This document shows, one piece after another, positions 51,605 through 62,101 of a stretch of DNA of 64,000 nt (the stretch's first letter is position 1; every line of letters starts with the position of its first letter). The notes beneath the pieces are model-generated. The model saw only the letters and a program-made list of their open reading frames with translations, made no database searches and had not been told where the DNA came from. The translations under genes were made by a program, and so were the position numbers. Source of the stretch: Cyanophyceae cyanobacterium. GTDB lineage: Bacteria > Cyanobacteriota > Cyanobacteriia > Cyanobacteriales > Laspinemataceae. The stretch spans positions 384,001 through 448,000 of the forward strand of contig JBBQFN010000001.1 in assembly GCA_038321985.1 (NCBI GenBank), in the 5' to 3' direction.

Positions 51605-53398
51605 TTACTTTAACCCCATTTGCACGCGCCATAACCCCGCATAAATCCCTCCCAGTTCCAGGAGTTCCTCGTGAGTGCCGCGTTCTACCAATTCTCCCCG
51701 ATCCATGACATAAATGCAATCGGCATTTCTGATGGTAGAGAGACGATGCGCGATCGCAATGGTGGTCCGGTTTTGAGTAATGCGTTCCAGCGATCGCCCG
51801 ATCGCCGCTTCCGTTTCATTATCCACCGCTGAAGTCGCTTCATCCAAAATCAAAATCGGCGGATTTTTCAACAGTGCACGGGCGATCGCCAATCGTTGCC
51901 GCTGTCCCCCGGATAACTTTTGCCCCCGTTCCCCGACAATCGTCTCATAGCCTTGGGGCAGTTCCATAATAAAATCGTGGGCTTCGGCTAGTTTTGCCGC
52001 CTCCGTCGCATCTTCTAAGCTGGCATCAAAACTCCCATAAATGATGTTTTCCGCAACGGTCCCATGAAATAAAAACACATCCTGACTCACCAACGCGATC
52101 GCCCTGCGTAAATCCTGTAACTGAATGTCGCGTAATTCTATACCATCCAGGGTGATACTTCCTGAGTGAATCTCATACAGTCGCAGCAACAGCTTAACTA
52201 TGGTACTTTTTCCCGAACCCGTCGCCCCCACTAAGGCAATTGTTTGTCCAGCCGGAATTTCTAGAGATAACTGGTTAATCACTGGGGTGCGATCGGTGTA
52301 GGCAAAGCTAACATTTCGCCACTGAATTTCCCCTCGTACCGCTTGAATGGGTAATGCTTTGTTTCCCGGTGGAGTGATAATTGGCGTATCTAACAAATTC
52401 ATCACGCGGGCGACTGAAGCGGTTGCTCGTTGATACAAATCTAACGTTTGTCCCAATCGGGTTAATGGCCACAATAACCGCTGAGTTAAAAAGATTAGAA
52501 CGCTGTAAGTTCCTACCGCTAAATTGCCTTCTACTGTAGCCATTCCGCCAAACAACAAAGTAGCCGTAAAGGCCACCAAGATGATAATTCTAATTAAAGG
52601 AACAAAAGCTGCCGAGAGGGCGATAGCGCGTCGATTACTTTTCCCATACCCTTCGCTCAACCGTTCGATACGTTTACTTTCATAAGCCTCCGCCGTATAG
52701 CTTTTAATTGTGGTAATTCCGCTCAAATTATTGCTTAACTGGCTGTTGAGTAAGCTGACATTTTCGCGAACTTCAGCATACCGGGGGGTGAGCAATTTTT
52801 GAAAGACGATCGAACCCCAGATAATAAAAGGCATAGGGAGGAGTGCCATCCAGGCCACACTGGGAGCTAATACCAAAAAGGTTGTTCCGATGATAATAAC
52901 CGTCGTTATAACCTGGAGAATTTCATTAGCACCGACATCTAAAAAACGCTCTAGTTGGTTAATATCATCGTTTAAAATTGACATAAACCGCCCCGTTGAG
53001 CGCTCCTCAAAATAGGCCAAGTCTAAGTCTTGTAAATGGCGATAAACATCGAGGCGCAAGTCATGTTGTAAGGTTTGAGCAAGATTGCGCCAGAGGCGAT
53101 CGTAAGCATACTGAAAAACAGATTCCATCACCCATACAATAAAGGTGATTCCACTCAGTATGAGCAATTGCCCAAAGACATCTTGAACCCCTAATTGGGC
53201 GAGGAAAGACTCTTCTTCATTGACGACGACATCCACGGCAGCACCAATGAGTGCCGGAGGTGCCAAATCAAAGAGTTTATTTAGAATAGAACAGGCGATC
53301 GCCTGCCAGATTTGAACTTTATATTGATGCCCATACTCCAGCAGACGACCCAAGGGATGCCCTGAACGGTTTCGGGTAATATCGCGATTGACTGACAC
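51605..53398 (-). CDS. ABC exporter, fused permease/ATPase
   Basis: TM domain followed by GATGSGKST, LSGGQRQR, DEATSAVD and AHRLST. Confidence 0.95.
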   Translation of the reverse strand: MSVNRDITRNRSGHPLGRLLEYGHQYKVQIWQAIACSILNKLFDLAPPALIGAAVDVVVNEEESFLAQLGVQDVFGQLLILSGITFIVWVMESVFQYAYDRLWRNLAQTLQHDLRLDVYRHLQDLDLAYFEERSTGRFMSILNDDINQLERFLDVGANEILQVITTVIIIGTTFLVLAPSVAWMALLPMPFIIWGSIVFQKLLTPRYAEVRENVSLLNSQLSNNLSGITTIKSYTAEAYESKRIERLSEGYGKSNRRAIALSAAFVPLIRIIILVAFTATLLFGGMATVEGNLAVGTYSVLIFLTQRLLWPLTRLGQTLDLYQRATASVARVMNLLDTPIITPPGNKALPIQAVRGEIQWRNVSFAYTDRTPVINQLSLEIPAGQTIALVGATGSGKSTIVKLLLRLYEIHSGSITLDGIELRDIQLQDLRRAIALVSQDVFLFHGTVAENIIYGSFDASLEDATEAAKLAEAHDFIMELPQGYETIVGERGQKLSGGQRQRLAIARALLKNPPILILDEATSAVDNETEAAIGRSLERITQNRTTIAIAHRLSTIRNADCIYVMDRGELVERGTHEELLELGGIYAGLWRVQMGLK

Positions 53399-53538
53399 AG
53401 GATTTATCTATATTGGGGTTGAAGGTCTACACCTATCATACGCAACAACCTAGCCAGCATTGTTATGGGGTGTTTTGCCCAACACCCGCAATCCCTCTCT
53501 CTACCTTCCAACCCCCTCCATTGTGTCTGGCTGACTCC

Positions 53539-54705
53539 TTATTGAGGCTGGACATCAATCTGCTGCGGCTGAGCACTGGGATTAATCTGCCGCTGAAAAC
53601 TAGGACTTACTTGTTCCACACCGGGATTAACTTGCGGTTGTTGAACACCGGGATTAACTTGCGGTTGTTGACTACCGGGATTTACTTGTTGAACACCGGG
53701 ATTAACTTGTTGTTGAACACCAGGATTAACTTGTTGTTGTTGACTACCAGGATTAACTTGTTGAACACCAGGATTAACTTGTTGTTGCTGCGGTTGAACA
53801 CCGGGATTTACTTGTTGAACACCAGGATTAACCTGTTGTTGCTGCGGTTGAACACCGGGATTTACTTGCGGTTGTTGACTACCGGGATTTACTTGTTGAA
53901 CACCAGGATTAACTGGTTGTTGCTGCGGTTGAACACCGGGATTAACTTGTTGAACACCGGGATTTACTTGTTGAACACCAGGATTAACCTGTTGTTGCTG
54001 CGGTTGAACACCGGGATTAACTTGCGGTTGTTGACTACCGGGATTTACTTGTTGAACACCAGGATTAACCTGTTGTTGCTGCGGTTGAACACCGGGATTA
54101 ACTTGCGGCTGAACACCGGGATTAACTTGTTGTTGCTGCGGTTGAACACCAGGATTAACTTGCGGCTGAACACCGGGATTAACTTGTTGTTGCTGCGGTT
54201 GAACACCGGGATTAACTTGCGGCTGAACACCGGGATTAACTTGTTGTTGCTGCGGTTGAACACCGGGATTAACTTGCGGCTGAACACCGGGATTGACGGG
54301 CACATTCGTAGGAGTTTGCTGAGTGGGAGTACCCCCCGGAACTTGCTGCTGGGTTGGAATGCCCTGATTAGGCTGTCCCGGTAGGGTTTGAGTAGGGCTA
54401 GAACCGGTCCAAGTTCTAACGGTAGTACCATCAGGTTGAGTTTGAATAGTCGTGCCATCGGGTAGAACCTGGACTTGACCTGGAGCTCCGACTCCTCCCT
54501 GGGGGGAATTGCTGGGTTCACCTATACCGCTGGGACTAGAGGTTGTGAGGGGCGGTTCACAGAGGTTATTCAAATTTCGTCTTTGACCCGAAGAATCGAT
54601 CATAAAACAGCCTGGATATTCTTGGGCGATCGCTACTTTAGAAATAGGTAGAATTAAGGCCAAAACTCCCGATGCTATGAGGGTGACTTTTAAGTTATTC
54701 AACAT
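53539..54705 (-). CDS. Secreted Gln/Pro-rich tandem repeat protein
   Basis: Signal peptide ending AIA, CFMIDSSGQRRNLNNLC motif, about 26 VNPG(V/S)Q units. AGGAG RBS. Confidence 0.85.
   Translation of the reverse strand: MLNNLKVTLIASGVLALILPISKVAIAQEYPGCFMIDSSGQRRNLNNLCEPPLTTSSPSGIGEPSNSPQGGVGAPGQVQVLPDGTTIQTQPDGTTVRTWTGSSPTQTLPGQPNQGIPTQQQVPGGTPTQQTPTNVPVNPGVQPQVNPGVQPQQQQVNPGVQPQVNPGVQPQQQQVNPGVQPQVNPGVQPQQQQVNPGVQPQVNPGVQPQQQQVNPGVQQVNPGSQQPQVNPGVQPQQQQVNPGVQQVNPGVQQVNPGVQPQQQPVNPGVQQVNPGSQQPQVNPGVQPQQQQVNPGVQQVNPGVQPQQQQVNPGVQQVNPGSQQQQVNPGVQQQVNPGVQQVNPGSQQPQVNPGVQQPQVNPGVEQVSPSFQRQINPSAQPQQIDVQPQ
53615..54300 (-). repeat. Coding tandem repeat of 21-33 bp units
   Basis: TTGAACACCGGGATTAAC variants repeat on the + strand, with unit lengths in multiples of 3. 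Confidence 0.92.
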
Positions 54706-55117
54706 TTTGCGGGTTCTCCTGTAGTTTGATAACTCACTCGCTCAAATAGGGTAGAACGATAAGCTCAGTTAGTAAAATAAAAAATTAAAGCTGTATTATT
54801 TTATAAGTAATTTTAAAAATAATCAATAAATTCTAAAATTAATGGCGCGTAAAGGTCCTACTCCAAAACCCAATTTATTGAAGAATGCTTAATCTTGGCA
54901 GTAAGCCAAGACTAAGCCAAGCCGATAGTAGGAGGGTTTATTTAGAAACTGGTACTATTATGCCTAAATAAACGGAAAAATAGGCTCCCTCACTAGAGAG
55001 ATTTATTCCTCATCCCCTAGGCAGAGGTATCGACAATTCAGCGGATATCGCTTTAAAAAAGCCCCAGACTCTAAACAGTGGGGGCTGACGGCAGAGGTTT
55101 CACCGCCAGATGAGGAA

Positions 55118-56281
55118 TTATTTGCCAATTTTTACAGTGTTAGCGGCCCGGGTCGCTTTTGCCCGGGCCTCTGCAACCGTCTCAGCTTTTGCTAAAGCGA
55201 CTCCCATGCGTCGGAAGGGACGAGAATCGGGTTTACCAAATAATCGCAAATCAACGTCCGGTTCTATAAGGGCATCAGCCACACCTTGATAGGAAATTGA
55301 ATCGGAATGCTCTTGAGCTAAAATAACCGCACTGGCACTCGGACCCAGTTGTTCTATTTTAGGAATAGGTAGCCCTAAAATTGCTCTGAGATGAAGTTCA
55401 AATTCATTGAGATTCTGTGAGATTAAGGTCACCATGCCGGTATCGTGGGGACGGGGGGACAGTTCCGAGAAAATAGTCTCATTTTTAGTAATAAAAAACT
55501 CGACCCCAAAAATACCAGCACCGCCTAAAGCATCGGTCACTTTTTGAGCGATCGCCTCTGCTTCTTGGACTCGTTCGGGTGAAATATCTGCGGGTTGCCA
55601 GGATTCCTGATAATCTCCTCGTTCTTGTCGATGCCCGACTGCTGGACAAAACAAAGTCGGGCGGTCCCATTGTCGAATTGTCAGTAGGGTAATTTCTAGT
55701 TCAAATTCAATAAATTCTTCGACAATTAGCTTTTGGGTATCTCCCCGAGAACCGGCGATCGCATAGTTCCAGGATGCTTCTACATCTCGGCGATCGAGAA
55801 CCGTAGATTGCCCTTTTCCCGAGGAAGACATCACGGGTTTAACTACATTGGGAAATCCGATTTGTTCGGAAGCGGCAATTAATTCTTCTAAGGTGGTAGC
55901 ATAAGCATATTTAGCAGTACGAATTCCTAACTCTTGGTGCGCCAGTTCCCGAATGCGATCGCGGTTCATCGTGTAGTTTGTTGCTTTCGCTGTGGGAATC
56001 ACAACAATGCCGCGATCCTTCTCAAATTCTAGTAATTTTTCGGTGCGAATAGCTTCAATTTCGGGTATAATAAAATTGGGCTGATGCTTCTCCACGATTC
56101 GTTCCAAGTCGTCTGGATTCAGCATAGAAATCACTTCCGAATAATCCGCCACCTGCATAGCGGGGGCATTGGCATAGCGATCGACTGCAATCACTGTATT
56201 GCCAAGACGTTGGGCGGCGATGGTAAATTCCTTCCCCAGTTCGCCAGACCCCAGAAGCATTAATTTTTGTGGTAAACGCAT
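55118..56281 (-). CDS. purT: Formate-dependent phosphoribosylglycinamide formyltransferase
   Basis: [32 protein letters not shown] and RRMGVALA. Confidence 0.97.
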   Translation of the reverse strand: MRLPQKLMLLGSGELGKEFTIAAQRLGNTVIAVDRYANAPAMQVADYSEVISMLNPDDLERIVEKHQPNFIIPEIEAIRTEKLLEFEKDRGIVVIPTAKATNYTMNRDRIRELAHQELGIRTAKYAYATTLEELIAASEQIGFPNVVKPVMSSSGKGQSTVLDRRDVEASWNYAIAGSRGDTQKLIVEEFIEFELEITLLTIRQWDRPTLFCPAVGHRQERGDYQESWQPADISPERVQEAEAIAQKVTDALGGAGIFGVEFFITKNETIFSELSPRPHDTGMVTLISQNLNEFELHLRAILGLPIPKIEQLGPSASAVILAQEHSDSISYQGVADALIEPDVDLRLFGKPDSRPFRRMGVALAKAETVAEARAKATRAANTVKIGK

Positions 56282-56556
56282 CTAATCAATTCTCTATTGC
56301 TTCTACTTTTCCCTATTTTAAACCGTTTATAGCGCTTCTCAAACTCATTATGCACAGGCTACGCCCTGCGGCGATCGCTTGACCCAGGTGCGGAGTGCTC
56401 ATAAGCCATACCCTAGGCTTTACGCCCTCCAAAAATGTACCTCTCAATTCTGCAAGGGCCTCTATCCTAAAATGCAGCCCCAAACAGGGGAGGCGGAGGT
56501 TCAACTGCCCGGTGCGGTAGAGGATTTCTGGACAAATTCCCCGGCTCTATTTCCTC

Positions 56557-57978
56557 CTATACCGCATAACTTTCCCCTATGCGATGGACCTTAATCAAGT
56601 TAGTTACCCCGGTAATGGGCAGAGGTAAACCGGCAATAATAACGACTAAATCTCCTTTTTCAACCATGTTTTTTTCTAGAACTGCTTTTTCTAGTAAAAC
56701 AATCATTTCATCGGTATTAGACGCTTCTTCAAGCTGCAAAGACTGCAACCCCCAATACAAGGCGATCCGCCGTTGAATGAATTCTTCAGTGGTTACCGCG
56801 ATCGCCGGTATGGATTGCCGATACTTGGACAGTAACCGGGCGGTAAATCCATGTTCAGTAAAACAAATTAGGGCTTTAGCATGGAGATTTTCTGCCAGTT
56901 GACAAGCGGCATGAACCACAGAATTTCCAATCGGATAAGCCTCAATTCCGCTGACATATTGCCGAGAGGTCACTAACTGGGCTTCCGCAGTTTCAGCAAT
57001 CAGCGCCATTGTTCTAACAGCCTGAACCGGATAGTCTCCGGCGGCTGTTTCTCCTGACAACATCAGGGCATCTGCACCATCATAAATAGCATTGGCAACG
57101 TCGGAGACTTCCGCGCGAGTCGGGCGCGGGTTGTGAATCATTGACTCTAACATTTGCGTGGCAACGATCGCCGGTTTTTGGTGCGATCGACAGGTTTGTA
57201 AAATAGATTTTTGGAGCGCCGGAACCCGTTCCAAGGGAACTTCTACCCCTAAATCTCCCCGGGCGACCATCACAACATCTGCGCTTTCTACAATCTCATC
57301 TAAATACTTTATAGCTTCATGACGCTCGATTTTAGCAATGACATTGGCGTTTTTCTCTTTGCGTCTAATAGCGCCTTTGACTTCTTTAACATCCGCTGCC
57401 TCCCGGACGAAAGAAAGGGCAACATAATCGATATCTTGGTCCAAGCCAAAGCTCAAATCTTCAATATCTTTTTGGGTCATCGCTGGAGCAGAAATTGAAG
57501 AATTTTGTAGGTTAATTCCTTTGTGACTTTTGACGGGTCCGCCATAAATCACCGTTCCATAAATTTCTTTTTCAAAAATCCGATTAGCTTGAATACAAAT
57601 TAGCCCATCATCAATCAGAATTAAATCCCCTTCTTTGACATCTTTAGCTAATCCTTTATAAGTCGAACTAAAGCGTTCTGCATTACCCAATACCTCTAGC
57701 ATGGTAATCACGGTTTTATCACCGGGATGGAGGAAAACCCCCGCTGCCATGTCTCCGACTCGGATTTTCGGACCTTGCAAATCCTGCATAATCGCGATCG
57801 GTTTATTTAATTCTGCGGATACTTCGCGAATGGTGCGGATATTTTGTTCGTGGCTGGCATAGTCGCCGTGGGAAAAGTTTAAGCGAGCTACATCCATTCC
57901 GGCGATCGCCATTTCTATAATCGTAGTGCGATCGCTACTCGCAGGACCGATGGTGCAGATAATTTTTGTTTTACGCAT
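56557..57978 (-). CDS. pyk: Pyruvate kinase (short form)
   Basis: TKIICTIGPAS, ARLNFSHG, MVARGDLGVE, ATQMLESM and MLSGETA. Confidence 0.97.
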   Translation of the reverse strand: MRKTKIICTIGPASSDRTTIIEMAIAGMDVARLNFSHGDYASHEQNIRTIREVSAELNKPIAIMQDLQGPKIRVGDMAAGVFLHPGDKTVITMLEVLGNAERFSSTYKGLAKDVKEGDLILIDDGLICIQANRIFEKEIYGTVIYGGPVKSHKGINLQNSSISAPAMTQKDIEDLSFGLDQDIDYVALSFVREAADVKEVKGAIRRKEKNANVIAKIERHEAIKYLDEIVESADVVMVARGDLGVEVPLERVPALQKSILQTCRSHQKPAIVATQMLESMIHNPRPTRAEVSDVANAIYDGADALMLSGETAAGDYPVQAVRTMALIAETAEAQLVTSRQYVSGIEAYPIGNSVVHAACQLAENLHAKALICFTEHGFTARLLSKYRQSIPAIAVTTEEFIQRRIALYWGLQSLQLEEASNTDEMIVLLEKAVLEKNMVEKGDLVVIIAGLPLPITGVTNLIKVHRIGESYAV

Positions 57979-58571
57979 GAAATTAAACCCATTAAAGCGG
58001 AAGTCGCCATACTTCTTTAATATTTTAACTAAATTTTTATTAAAAATCAGAATATCGATTGGGGATGATCAGGGCCGGTTACCCTCCAAGAGTGGAATAA
58101 AACCGCCAATTGGGAGATGAATTAAAAATTTATTAATTGATAATTTTAATCTCAAGTGAAAGATTTAGATGTGACGGGAGATACATTTTATCATTATACC
58201 TAACAGAAACTGAATCGACCAAAAAGGATGGGAAGGAGATTCAACCTCCTGAGCGAGTGTCATTTCCTGACCCTTTCCCCATGGCTGGCGGTCCTCTCCA
58301 TCTCCCCCCTCCTCTATTTCTGCTGCATCTACCCTATCTCCCTCTACAGTTAGAGGATTGACGATCGCCCTCGTGTTATGTCTAGTTAAATTGGCCGTTC
58401 GTATTTCCCAACAGGTCAATTCATGGGATATATTTTTACAATAGCCCAAGCGAGACGGTTTTTATTAACCCCTCAAATTCCGGTTGCGATCGGGATGCCG
58501 ATGTATTTTGCAGCAACGATGCTAGGGTGGAATGGCTAATTAACTTCTGTCTTTATCCAACTGCTTGAGCG

Positions 58572-60164
58572 ATGAATATTGCCGAAATTCTACACAAACA
58601 AGTTGAAGAAACCCCAGATACTCCAGCAATCCTGGAGATGGGACGCAGTGCAAGCGGCAGGGTGAGTTTTTCCGAATTGGAATTAAGAGCGAGTCGGGGA
58701 GTCACGCTGTTGCGACAAAAAGGAATGCAAACGGGAGATGTTATCTTACTCATGCTACCACTTTCAACGGAATTATACGTTGCGCTGATTGCAATTTTGA
58801 GAGTGGGTGCAGTCGCTTTAATCCTTGACCCAAATGCCAGTTCTGACGAACTTGATCGTGCCTGTAGTTTGTGCCGTCCAAAAGCCGTAATTACAACGAC
58901 CAAAATTCAGATTTGGCGGCTTTTCTCCCGAGCTTTCCGCAAAATTTCGCTTAAATTTACTATCGGATTTTCTTTACCAACTCTCATTTCCTGGAATCGC
59001 ACAAAAACTTTAACCCCTGATCATATCATCGCCCAAGTCGAACCCGAAACGACGGGGGTAATCCTTCCTATGGTAGGAACTTATGAACAATTAAAATTGG
59101 TCCAATTGACTCATTATTTATTAAGATTACAACAAAATTCTCTAGCCGAGATACTTGAGACCAACCCCGGAGAAATAGATATTACGCTGCAACCGCTTTT
59201 AGGATTAGTTAATCTGGGGCTGGGAATAACGAGTATATTGCCAAAATTCAATATTAAAAAGCCTTTAAATTTTCAAATTAACCCGATTATTAGCGTTATC
59301 AAGAAATATCACCCCACTCGAATTGCCGCTTCCCCAAATTTATTAGAGAATCTAATTCATGTTTTTATCAAAAAAAGAGAATTATTTAACAGCGTTCATA
59401 AAATATTTATTTGGGGAACGCCAGTTTTACCCAGTCTCCTTAATCAAGTGAATCAAATTGCCCCCCAAGCAGAAATTGTGGCAATCTATGGGGAAACCGC
59501 TGCGATCGCCAGCCTGTCTCGACGAGAAATCGCAGCAACTGATGTTAGCCAGATGCAAACAGGAAAAGGCTTACTTGTGGGCAAACCTGCCCCAGATATT
59601 AAGTTAAGAATTTTACCCAACCAATGGGGCGCACCCATCGTACCTTATGAAAATTTAGCCGAATTTGAAGCCACTTGCCGGCCTGAGTCAGAAGCGGGAG
59701 AAATTGTAATTCAAGGCGATCGCTTTATGACCCGCAGTTTAAATGAACTGGGAGATGAACCCATGAAATTTCGGGTCGGGGAACAGGAATGGTATCGTAC
59801 GGGAGATGCGGGATATTTAGACTCCCAGGGGCGATTGTGGTTACTCGGTTCCTGCCAAGATTGCATTCAAGATAAATTTGGAATCATTTATCCTCTGACG
59901 GTAGAATGCGCCATAAATTACAATCGAGAGATTAAAAATATTGCCTTTTTTTCCTATCGTTATCAGCGGACTTTAGTCGTAGAGATGGTGGAAAAACCCA
60001 GCGATCGCAGCGTATCCCAGCGCAGCTTATCCGCCGTGCTAGAGTCCCTAGAATGGGCTAACGTAGAAGCCCTGCGCGTAGTCGAAAAAATTCCCATGGA
60101 TAAACGCTACCCACGCCGAGTTAATCGCGTGGCATTGGAACAGATCCTGGACGAGCAGGACTAA
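58572..60164 (+). CDS. AMP-binding (ANL superfamily, OleC-like) protein with a degenerate P-loop
   Basis: GDVILL, GLLVGKP, GEIVIQG and WYRTGDAGYLD are retained. The TSGSTG motif is absent. Confidence 0.75.
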   Translation: MNIAEILHKQVEETPDTPAILEMGRSASGRVSFSELELRASRGVTLLRQKGMQTGDVILLMLPLSTELYVALIAILRVGAVALILDPNASSDELDRACSLCRPKAVITTTKIQIWRLFSRAFRKISLKFTIGFSLPTLISWNRTKTLTPDHIIAQVEPETTGVILPMVGTYEQLKLVQLTHYLLRLQQNSLAEILETNPGEIDITLQPLLGLVNLGLGITSILPKFNIKKPLNFQINPIISVIKKYHPTRIAASPNLLENLIHVFIKKRELFNSVHKIFIWGTPVLPSLLNQVNQIAPQAEIVAIYGETAAIASLSRREIAATDVSQMQTGKGLLVGKPAPDIKLRILPNQWGAPIVPYENLAEFEATCRPESEAGEIVIQGDRFMTRSLNELGDEPMKFRVGEQEWYRTGDAGYLDSQGRLWLLGSCQDCIQDKFGIIYPLTVECAINYNREIKNIAFFSYRYQRTLVVEMVEKPSDRSVSQRSLSAVLESLEWANVEALRVVEKIPMDKRYPRRVNRVALEQILDEQD

Positions 60165-60355
60165 CGCAAAAGGCCCTACAGTCTTTAGGCTGTAGGTGTT
60201 TTCAGTCGTGACCCTAGGCTCAATCCGGGGATATTCCCCTCGATTGCCGGAATAGGAACTCCCCCAGTCGTAAAACCAGCGAGTAACCGGATGGTTAAGA
60301 ATTGCCCAATTCAGGGTTAAATAATTTAAGCTCTTTCGCGATTTTGTGAAGATTT

Positions 60356-62011
60356 GTGCCTGACGTAAAAAAACCCGCCCGTTCTCTAGCTGGAATTGCC
60401 GGTCTTGTGGCGATCGCCACCCTGATCAGTAAAGTTTTCGGTTTAGTGCGCCAACAAGCGATCGCCGCCGCTTTTGGGGTCGGTCCTGCATTCGACGCCT
60501 ATAACTACGCTTATGTGATCCCCGGTTTTTTGCTAATTTTGCTCGGGGGTATCAATGGACCCTTCCATAGCGCGATCGTCAGCGTCCTCGCCAAACGTAA
60601 ACCCGAAGAAGCAGCCCCCCTCGTCGAAACGATTACTACCCTTGTCGGCGGATTGCTGCTGATTGTATCCGGGGTTTTAGTCTTGTTTGCCGAACCCCTA
60701 ATGGGTTTAGTGGCACCGGGTTTGAACATTTCGGCGGCAGAAGCCGCAGCCCAGGGCCTTTCTACCCCAGAGTTTGAAACCCTGCAACTGACCCATGCGA
60801 TCGCCATTCAACAATTCCGGATCATGGCCCCCCTGGCTGTCCTCGCCGGTTTGATTGGCATTGGATTCGGCACCCTCAACGCCGCCGACCAATATTGGAT
60901 CCCCTCCATCAGTCCCCTGTTTTCCAGTGTGGCACTCATCGGTGCATTAGGCGTTTTCATCCTCCAAGCAGGCGAGGAAATAGGCCTTCCTGAATATGCC
61001 GTGACGGGAGGCATGGTTTTAGCATGGGGAACCCTTGCCGGGGCGATTCTCCAGTGGGTTGTCCAGGTCGTGACCCAGTGGCGCAGCGGCTTAGGGACCT
61101 TACGCCTACGTTTTGAGTTTAACCGTCCCGGAATTAAAGAGATCCTGAAAGTCATGGGACCAGCGACGTTATCCTCGGGAATGCTCCAAATTAATGTCTA
61201 TACTGACTTATTTTTTGCGTCTTACATTCCTCAAGCTGCCGCTGCCTTGGGGTATGCCGGACTGCTCGTGCAGACACCCTTGGGTATTGTTTCCAATATG
61301 CTGTTAGTGCCGCTATTGCCGGTATTTTCCCGGTTAGCTGACCCGACTGATTGGCCGCAACTTAAACAGCGGATTCGGCAGGGGTTGATGCTCACTGCCC
61401 TAACAATGTTACCCCTCGGTGCGTTTACGATCGCCTTATCCGTGGCGATCGTGCGAGTCATTTACGAACGCGGTGCCTTTGACCAATCCGCCTCCGCCTT
61501 TGTGGCCCCAATGCTGATGGCTTATGGAATTGGGATGTTTGTCTACTTAGGACGGGATGTGCTGGTGCGAGTATTTTATGCATTGGGAGATGGGGAAACC
61601 CCGTTTCGGGTGAGTATCGTGAATATTTTCTTAAACGGTGTCCTGGACTTCTTTATGGTGAAACCGTTCGGTGCACCGGGGTTGGTTCTGGCAACCGTAA
61701 TAGTAAATATTATTTCAATGCTGGTTTTGTTGATTTTGCTCGATCGCAAGTTAAATGGATTGCCTTTAGCGGAGTGGAGTAAACCGATCGCCTTGTTAAC
61801 TGCGGCCAGTGCCGTAGCTGGCGTCGTCGGTTGGGTCATTCTCCAAGGGTGCGATCGCTTATTTCAAGGCACTGGATTATTGATATATCTACTTGAATTG
61901 GGTCTATCAAGTTTGGGTGGATTACTGGTTTTTGTGGCGCTCGTTACTCAAATCAAATTACCCGAAGTAGATATATTTGTGCAGCGCCTTCGTCAGCGCT
62001 TTAGCCGCTAA
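60356..62011 (+). CDS. murJ: Lipid II flippase MurJ (MviN)
   Basis: SKVFGLVRQQ.IAAAFG, LLGGINGPFHS, QINVYTDLFFAS and YERGAF. Confidence 0.95.
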   Translation: MPDVKKPARSLAGIAGLVAIATLISKVFGLVRQQAIAAAFGVGPAFDAYNYAYVIPGFLLILLGGINGPFHSAIVSVLAKRKPEEAAPLVETITTLVGGLLLIVSGVLVLFAEPLMGLVAPGLNISAAEAAAQGLSTPEFETLQLTHAIAIQQFRIMAPLAVLAGLIGIGFGTLNAADQYWIPSISPLFSSVALIGALGVFILQAGEEIGLPEYAVTGGMVLAWGTLAGAILQWVVQVVTQWRSGLGTLRLRFEFNRPGIKEILKVMGPATLSSGMLQINVYTDLFFASYIPQAAAALGYAGLLVQTPLGIVSNMLLVPLLPVFSRLADPTDWPQLKQRIRQGLMLTALTMLPLGAFTIALSVAIVRVIYERGAFDQSASAFVAPMLMAYGIGMFVYLGRDVLVRVFYALGDGETPFRVSIVNIFLNGVLDFFMVKPFGAPGLVLATVIVNIISMLVLLILLDRKLNGLPLAEWSKPIALLTAASAVAGVVGWVILQGCDRLFQGTGLLIYLLELGLSSLGGLLVFVALVTQIKLPEVDIFVQRLRQRFSR

Positions 62012-62040
62012 ACCCTTGTCTCACTCTAGAGGATGATTTC

Positions 62041-62072
62041 ATGAATAGCCCGCTGAAGCGGGCTATTTTCAT
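62041..62072. terminator. Hairpin between convergent murJ and DUF1648-like genes
   Basis: AATAGCCCGC-TGAA-GCGGGCTATT followed by T's. Confidence 0.75.
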
Positions 62073-62101
62073 GGGTAACGCTTCCAAATGAGACATCGGA
62101 C

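Noticed and set aside
53615..54300. Possible CRISPR array
   Set aside because: Units are contiguous with no unique spacers, lengths are multiples of 3, and no cas genes are present.
53413..54384. 323-aa Leu-rich + strand ORF (LNTGINLLL repeats) and the 158-aa alternative-frame ORF at 54045-54521
   Set aside because: Both are shadow frames of the stop-free tandem repeat. The minus-strand frame has the RBS, signal peptide and Cys motif.
58137..58449. Short ORFs and a pyrimidine-rich tract between pyk and the AMP-binding gene
   Set aside because: No convincing start signals or motifs; treated as a divergent promoter region.
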